Source: Emcibacter sp. (lineage in GTDB: Bacteria; Pseudomonadota; Alphaproteobacteria; Sphingomonadales; Emcibacteraceae). From it: a stretch of 64,000 nt of DNA. The notes under the pieces were generated by a model. The model worked only from the letters and a program-made list of their open reading frames with translations. It searched no databases and had not been told where the DNA came from. Positions 59,114-64,000 of this stretch are shown here, piece after piece. Position numbers and translations under genes: made by a program. The DNA is taken from positions 2,969,187 to 3,033,186 of the forward strand of contig NZ_OY776217.1 in assembly GCF_963675455.1 (NCBI RefSeq), in the 5' to 3' direction. How positions within the stretch are numbered: the stretch's first letter is position 1; every line of letters begins with the position of its first letter.

Positions 59114-59680
59114 CTATTCCTCCCCCTCGTAATAGTCCGGCAGGAATTCCTTTACTGCCGGTGACGTAGTCGCCCATGCATGACAGGTGTTGAGCACCGG
59201 CGGGCGCTGCTTCGGCCTGCTAAGATCTACACCCGCCTCTTCCGCCTTTTTCATCAGCCCCGGCGTCATGGTCTGCATGGCGGCCGTACCCAGCGGGTAC
59301 AATAATTCGGTGATATGCGTGCAGCCTTCAACACCGCCTACCCGTTCCCGAATCTGCTTGCGCCAGCCGGCCCCGACCCTGACGCCGATCAGCTTTTTAT
59401 AGGATGAAACAATGGCCGGACACATTTCAAACGGGCTGTTGTCGGTTACCGCCTCAATTTCCTGAATGACATACTTGTCATCCAGGGTCAGCCTGATCCA
59501 CATTTCATGCACCGGATCGCCCGCCTCGATCTCGCCGCGCCATTGATTGCCGAAGGCATAGGTTTTCTGGTCGGTCATATGTCCTTCGATATCCCAGAGA
59601 CCGTCTTCCCGTTCATAACCGGTATAGGTAATGGTTCTGGTATGCAGATGTTTACGGGGTACTGGTGAGGAGAGCGGCAT
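59114..59680 (-). CDS. DUF2889 domain protein
   Basis: 188 aa. LHTRTITYTGYEREDGLWDIEGHMTDQKTY...VHEMWIRLTLDD...GGVEGCTHITELL is the family pattern as I remember it. Confidence 0.65.
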   Translation of the reverse strand: MPLSSPVPRKHLHTRTITYTGYEREDGLWDIEGHMTDQKTYAFGNQWRGEIEAGDPVHEMWIRLTLDDKYVIQEIEAVTDNSPFEMCPAIVSSYKKLIGVRVGAGWRKQIRERVGGVEGCTHITELLYPLGTAAMQTMTPGLMKKAEEAGVDLSRPKQRPPVLNTCHAWATTSPAVKEFLPDYYEGEE

Positions 59681-59840
59681 TTATAGTCCTTGATATTGCT
59701 GTTTGGTCTATTATCTCAGGTGTTTTCAAACCGGTCAAACAAAGGTTCACCTTGCGGGCGCATGGCAGTTATGCGGAATCTTTCTGGCCCTTGAAGCGGT
59801 TTTGGGTTATGTGAAGCCCATTATAAGGAGAATGATACCG

Positions 59841-60548
59841 ATGCCCGAGTCCATTCCGGAACCGAAAAAAGCTGTCGTCCTGCTCAGCGGCGGCCTGGAT
59901 TCTTCCACCTGCGTAGCCATCGCCCAGAGCGAAGGTTACGAGGTCTATGGCCTCAGCTTCAGCTACGGCCAGCGGCATACCATCGAGCTCGACGCCGCGA
60001 AGCGAATTGCTGACAGGATGGGCATCAAAAAACATGTGATTGCCAATATTGATATCGGCGCCTTTGGCGGCTCTGCCCTGACTGATGATATTCCCGTGCC
60101 CAAGGACCGCAGTCATGAAGACATGAGTACCGATATTCCGGTCACTTACGTGCCGGCCCGCAATACGATTTTCCTCTCCTATGCGTTGGGCTGGGCCGAG
60201 GTACTGGGGGCCAATGATATTTTCATCGGCGTCAACGCCCTGGATTACAGCGGCTATCCCGACTGCCGGCCGGAATTCATCAAGGCCTATGAAGTGATGG
60301 CCAATCTGGCGACCAAGGCCGGGACACAGGATCACAGGCATATGACCATCCATACGCCGCTTATTGACCTGACCAAGGCGGAAATTATCAAAAAAGGAGT
60401 GTCGCTGGGCGTGGATTACAGCCTGACCATAAGCTGCTATGATCCGGACAGCGAGGGGCGGTCCTGCGGCCATTGTGATGCCTGCCAGCTGCGCCTCAAG
60501 GGATTTGCCGAGGCCGGCACGACTGATCCCGTGCCTTATCAGGACTGA
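59841..60548 (+). CDS. queC: 7-cyano-7-deazaguanine synthase
   Basis: Track ORF 59703..60548 trimmed. The ATG at 59841 lies 10 nt after [19 protein letters not shown] is the PP-loop, and the C-terminal zinc motif is [10 protein letters not shown]. Confidence 0.92.
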   Translation: MPESIPEPKKAVVLLSGGLDSSTCVAIAQSEGYEVYGLSFSYGQRHTIELDAAKRIADRMGIKKHVIANIDIGAFGGSALTDDIPVPKDRSHEDMSTDIPVTYVPARNTIFLSYALGWAEVLGANDIFIGVNALDYSGYPDCRPEFIKAYEVMANLATKAGTQDHRHMTIHTPLIDLTKAEIIKKGVSLGVDYSLTISCYDPDSEGRSCGHCDACQLRLKGFAEAGTTDPVPYQD

Positions 60549-60556
60549 AACGCAAC

Positions 60557-61216
60557 ATGACCTATACCGTCAAGGAACTGTTTTATACTCTTCAGGGGGA
60601 AGGCGCACAGGCCGGACGGGCAGCCGTTTTCTGCCGTTTTGCCGGCTGCAACCTGTGGAGCGGACGGGAACAGGACCGGGCGACAGCCGAATGCACCTTC
60701 TGCGACACCGACTTTATCGGCACAGGCGGGCCCGGCGGCGGGAAATTCGCCACAGCCGACCATCTTGCGGCAACCGCCCGGGCGCTGTGGGACAGTGAAA
60801 CCGATGGGTCCGGCATTCCCTATATTGTCTGCACCGGCGGGGAACCACTGCTGCAGCTGGATATCCCGCTGATTAACGCACTACATGAAAAGGGATTCGA
60901 AGTGGCCGTGGAAACCAACGGCACCCTGCCCGCGCCTGCGGAGCTGGACTGGGTTTGCGTCAGCCCGAAAAGACTTGATAAACTGGTACAGACCAGCGGC
61001 CACGAACTGAAACTGGTTTATCCTCAGCCGGACCTGCCGCCGGAAGATGTGGCCCATCTGGACTTTAAATACTTCTTCCTGCAGCCCATGGACGGCATTG
61101 GACCGGACGCGGAAAACATTCGGCTTGAAAATACAAAAAAATGTGTAGAGTACTGCCAAGCTCATCCGAAATGGCGCATCAGCCTGCAGACCCATAAAAT
61201 TCTGGGTATTGCCTAG
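60557..61216 (+). CDS. queE: 7-carboxy-7-deazaguanine synthase (radical SAM)
   Basis: 219 aa. EGAQAGRAAVFCRFAGCNLWSGREQDRATAECTFCDTDF is the short QueE-type cluster motif. Confidence 0.88.
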   Translation: MTYTVKELFYTLQGEGAQAGRAAVFCRFAGCNLWSGREQDRATAECTFCDTDFIGTGGPGGGKFATADHLAATARALWDSETDGSGIPYIVCTGGEPLLQLDIPLINALHEKGFEVAVETNGTLPAPAELDWVCVSPKRLDKLVQTSGHELKLVYPQPDLPPEDVAHLDFKYFFLQPMDGIGPDAENIRLENTKKCVEYCQAHPKWRISLQTHKILGIA

Positions 61217-61234
61217 TTCAGACCTGTATTGAAA

Positions 61235-61747
61235 TCAGGATTTATTCGACAAAATCTTGGCGACAACCAGAAGGGCTTCGCGGATTTCCTTCCAGTCATT
61301 ATCGCCGAGGGCGTCCATAAATTCCTTCTGGGCAGTCATCCAGTAAGGCACCACATTGCGGATCGCATCAAGTCCTGCGTCCTCCAGAGTATAGGACGCA
61401 TATCTTTTGCCACCGGAATACTGAACGGAAACATACCCCCTGTCCGCAAGGGTCTTGACCATTCGGGACATGGAGGATTTCTCCATCACCATGGAGTCCG
61501 CCAACTGGCTCAGGGTCATGGTCCCGTTATGGGCAAGCTCGAGAAGTATAACAACCTGGGTCGATCGGAGAGAACTTGGATCCAGAAGAGTATCAAAGCG
61601 TCTTGTAACCGCGCGTGAGGCTTTGCGCAGCCCGAGGCAGGCACAGGTTTCAAGGGCCTCTGCAATCAGGGCTTTTTCTTCAGTACTCGGATTCATACTA
61701 CCAACCATTCTGTTGCTGACGATGTCCGACCTTTTTGAGTTGGGCAT
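61235..61747 (-). CDS. MarR family transcriptional regulator (start may be internal, e.g. ATG 61708)
   Basis: LGLRKASRAVTRRFDTLLDPSSLRSTQVVILLELAHNGTMTLSQLADSMVMEKSSMSRMVKTLADRGYV. Confidence 0.85.
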   Translation of the reverse strand: MPNSKRSDIVSNRMVGSMNPSTEEKALIAEALETCACLGLRKASRAVTRRFDTLLDPSSLRSTQVVILLELAHNGTMTLSQLADSMVMEKSSMSRMVKTLADRGYVSVQYSGGKRYASYTLEDAGLDAIRNVVPYWMTAQKEFMDALGDNDWKEIREALLVVAKILSNKS

Positions 61748-61830
61748 AATTATAGGTGTGACACTGCCAATTGGCCAAGCTTACCTTAACGTAAAGTCAA
61801 CTTCAATCATTACCTGCATGTACGATCATT

Positions 61831-62295
61831 TTAACCCCTTCCGCGATAATTCGGGACATTCTGATCGGGAATCCAGACACCTGCCGGCGGCTCGCCGGTC
61901 TGGAAAAACACGTCAATGGGAATACCACCGCGGGGATACCAGTATCCGCCGATCCGAAGCCAGACCGGTTTCAGTTCCTTGACCAGCCGTTCGGCAATCC
62001 CGACCGTACAATCCTCATGAAAACCTGCATGGTTGCGAAAGGAATGCAGGTAAAGCTTCAGCGACTTGCTTTCCACAAGATAGTCCGCCGGCACATAGTC
62101 AATGACAAGATGGGCAAAATCCGGCTGTCCGGTGACCGGGCAGAGCGAGGTAAACTCGGGACAGGTAAAACGGACAAAATAGGGGGAATCCGGCCGCGGA
62201 TTAGGTACCCTTTCCAGAATGGCCTCATCGGGATTTTCCGGAAGCTTCGAACTGCCGCCCAGATGGGAAAGGCCCTGATATATCTCTTTTGTCAT
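61831..62295 (-). CDS. queF: NADPH-dependent 7-cyano-7-deazaguanine reductase (unimodular type)
   Basis: Track ORF trimmed to [14 protein letters not shown] at 62295. [15 protein letters not shown] holds the catalytic Cys, and [10 protein letters not shown] is present. Confidence 0.9.
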   Translation of the reverse strand: MTKEIYQGLSHLGGSSKLPENPDEAILERVPNPRPDSPYFVRFTCPEFTSLCPVTGQPDFAHLVIDYVPADYLVESKSLKLYLHSFRNHAGFHEDCTVGIAERLVKELKPVWLRIGGYWYPRGGIPIDVFFQTGEPPAGVWIPDQNVPNYRGRG

Positions 62296-62519
62296 TTCAA
62301 CCGTCCTTTGATCGTCTGGCCAGCGGATGATTTCACCCGGATAAACACACATTGACTTATTACCCGCTTTTCCCTAAAGATCAAAGCCATGAAACATCAT
62401 TGCCTGAAACGAATGTGTATTTCACGAATTATGAACCCGGTTTTCGCGTAAAACCGGGAAAAGCCGCTTGTGGCACCTTCAGAACTTCATGAAATCATTC
62501 GTTTACAGGAGAGCGCAAA

Positions 62520-62813
62520 ATGACTCCGCGCCTGGATTATATCCACCATACCGTACATTTTTCCGTGACTGCACAAAATAACCCCGGGTCCCTGCCCCGG
62601 ATATTATCTGTTTTTGAGAAGGCCAGCCTTTGCCCCGACCTCGTCAAATCCAGCAGCTTTACAGACGGGCAACTGGCTGTCGACATTTACACCCGGGGCC
62701 TTGAGGGGGCGCTTCAGGACCGGCTGGCAGCTAAACTGTCGTCGCTGGTGACGGTGTCACATGTGCGGACTGAAGTGATCCTGCGACCGGGCCGGACAAA
62801 ACTTGCATCTTAA
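62520..62813 (+). CDS. small hypothetical protein, possibly ACT-like
   Basis: 97 aa. HFSVTAQNNPGSLPRILSVFEKASLCPDLV...VDIYTRG has a beta-alpha-beta-beta pattern reminiscent of ACT regulatory modules. This is a weak call. Confidence 0.4.
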   Translation: MTPRLDYIHHTVHFSVTAQNNPGSLPRILSVFEKASLCPDLVKSSSFTDGQLAVDIYTRGLEGALQDRLAAKLSSLVTVSHVRTEVILRPGRTKLAS

Positions 62814-62876
62814 CCCTTGCGACAGAAGGTGCCGGGGCCTATTTATAGGATAATCAGAAAAGAACAAGGTTTGACA

Positions 62877-63875
62877 ATGGATATCCGAGACGGTTTTGTC
62901 GGGGTTATTGGGAATACTCCGATTATCAAATTGAGAAAAGCTTCCGAGGAAACCGGCTGCACCATTCTGGGCAAGGCCGAGTTTCTCAATCCGGGCGGCT
63001 CCATCAAGGATCGCGCAGCGCTCTATATCATCCGGGATGCCGAGAAGAAAGGCCTGCTGAAACCGGGCGGCACCATTGTTGAAGGCACGGCCGGCAATAC
63101 CGGGATCGGTCTTGCGCTGGTCGGAAATGCGCTGGGCTACAAAACTGTCATTGTCATGCCGGAAACCCAGTCGCAGGAAAAAAAGGACATGCTTAAGCTG
63201 TGCGGCTGTGACCTCAGGCTCGTCCCGGCAGTGCCCTACAGGGATCCCAACAACTACGTGAAATATTCCGGTCGTCTGGCGGAAGAAATCGCCGCCGCCT
63301 CCCCCAACGGCGCCATCTGGGCCAACCAGTTCGACAATACCGCCAACCGGGACGCCCATCTGTATGGCACCGGGCCGGAAATCTGGAACCAGACCGACGG
63401 CACCGTGGATGCCTTTACCTGCGCGGTCGGCAGCGGCGGTACGCTTGGTGGTGTCTCCATGGCACTCAAGGAGCGCAACAAAAACATTAAAATTGTTTTG
63501 GCGGACCCGATGGGGGCGGCCCTGTTCAACTATTACAAACATGGTGAGCTGAAAGCGGAGGGTTCCTCCATCACCGAAGGCATCGGCCAGGGACGCATCA
63601 CTGCCAACCTGGAAGGTATTGAAGTGGATGATGCCTGCCAGATTCCCGATGCCGAGGCTCTGGAAGTCATTTTTGACCTTCTGAAACATGAAGGTCTGTG
63701 CCTGGGTTCCTCCAGCGGCATCAATGTGGCGTCGGCCATCCGGCTGGCAAAGGAAATGGGGCCGGGGCATACCATTGCGACCGTTTTGTGCGATAATGGC
63801 ACCCGCTATCAAAGCAAATTATTTAATCCTGAATTTCTGAAAGAAAAAGGACTCCCCTGCCCCGACTGGCTCTGA
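62877..63875 (+). CDS. cysteine synthase / cystathionine beta-synthase family PLP enzyme
   Basis: Track ORF trimmed to MDIRDGFVGVIGNTPIIKL at 62877. NPGGSIKDRAAL holds the PLP Lys, with GTAGNTGIGLA and GSGGTLGG also present. Confidence 0.9.
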   Translation: MDIRDGFVGVIGNTPIIKLRKASEETGCTILGKAEFLNPGGSIKDRAALYIIRDAEKKGLLKPGGTIVEGTAGNTGIGLALVGNALGYKTVIVMPETQSQEKKDMLKLCGCDLRLVPAVPYRDPNNYVKYSGRLAEEIAAASPNGAIWANQFDNTANRDAHLYGTGPEIWNQTDGTVDAFTCAVGSGGTLGGVSMALKERNKNIKIVLADPMGAALFNYYKHGELKAEGSSITEGIGQGRITANLEGIEVDDACQIPDAEALEVIFDLLKHEGLCLGSSSGINVASAIRLAKEMGPGHTIATVLCDNGTRYQSKLFNPEFLKEKGLPCPDWL

Positions 63876-63908
63876 AGGGAAATACCGGCAAACTGACAAG
63901 GATACTGA

Positions 63909-64000
63909 AATGGTTGATGAGAAAAACGCTCTGGTGAGTACGGACTGGCTGATGCAGCATCTTGACGCACCGGATGTGCGCGTTGTCGACGCCTCCTGGC
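63909..64000 (+). CDS. rhodanese-domain sulfurtransferase (3-mercaptopyruvate sulfurtransferase-like), N-terminal fragment running off the right edge
   Basis: Manual translation gives MVDEKNALVSTDWLMQHLDAPDVRVVDASW, the usual SseA/TST opening. Confidence 0.65.

Noticed and set aside
59681-59840. preQ1 riboswitch upstream of queC.
   Set aside because: I could not find the small hairpin plus A-rich tail of preQ1-I or the class II/III cores by eye. This needs a covariance-model scan to be certain.

Overview
This 64-kb segment reads as chromosomal core genome of an alphaproteobacterium. Supporting markers are ALA-synthase hemA, a valS / PopZ-like (DUF2497) / tolC / pcm block, an nrdR-ribD-ribE-ribBA-ribH-nusB-thiL array, ihfA-MerR, a PAS_5 protein, DUF4169 and a PEP-CTERM protein. 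I call about 70 protein-coding genes, 3 tRNAs (Pro-GGG, Cys-GCA, Asn-GTT), several hairpin terminators and two candidate operator sets. I found no rRNA, CRISPR array, transposase, integrase or phage gene.

Most long ORFs in the six-frame track that lie antisense to or overlap these genes are GC-bias artefacts. Several track ORFs also carry false N-terminal extensions, which I trimmed to the start supported by homology and a ribosome-binding site (RBS).

Gene content:
- Central metabolism: maeB, ald plus an Lrp regulator, glyA, rpiB, hemA, hemB, ilvA, and a cysK-like gene followed by sseA.
- Lipid and housekeeping: plsX-fabH, parC, recO, valS.
- Riboflavin and queuosine genes.
- Transport: a TRAP transporter and an SLC13 permease.
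- Dispersed flagellar stator genes: fliL, motA, motB.

Nothing here is a clear-cut new multi-gene system. The places that deserve a second look are:
1. A mosaic islet at 8.4-10.5 kb. It holds a diverged segmental duplication, a collapsed marR/orfX relic and a strongly AT-rich orphan with an Rx4H (HEPN-like) motif.
2. A translationally coupled lipoprotein plus FemAB-family transferase pair, with a divergent small membrane ORF, lying between motA and ilvA/motB.
3. A lower-GC two-TM orphan inserted between recO and parC.
4. The AT-rich interval between tRNA-Cys and tRNA-Asn, which carries an orphan ORF and a decayed tRNA-Asn-like fragment.
5. An unannotated 58-codon arginine-rich ORF with a perfect Shine-Dalgarno sequence.
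6. An ACAD10/11-type dehydrogenase + kinase + SDR operon that looks like a split 4-hydroxyacyl-CoA phospho-elimination module.

All family assignments are from reading the translations. No database search was run.
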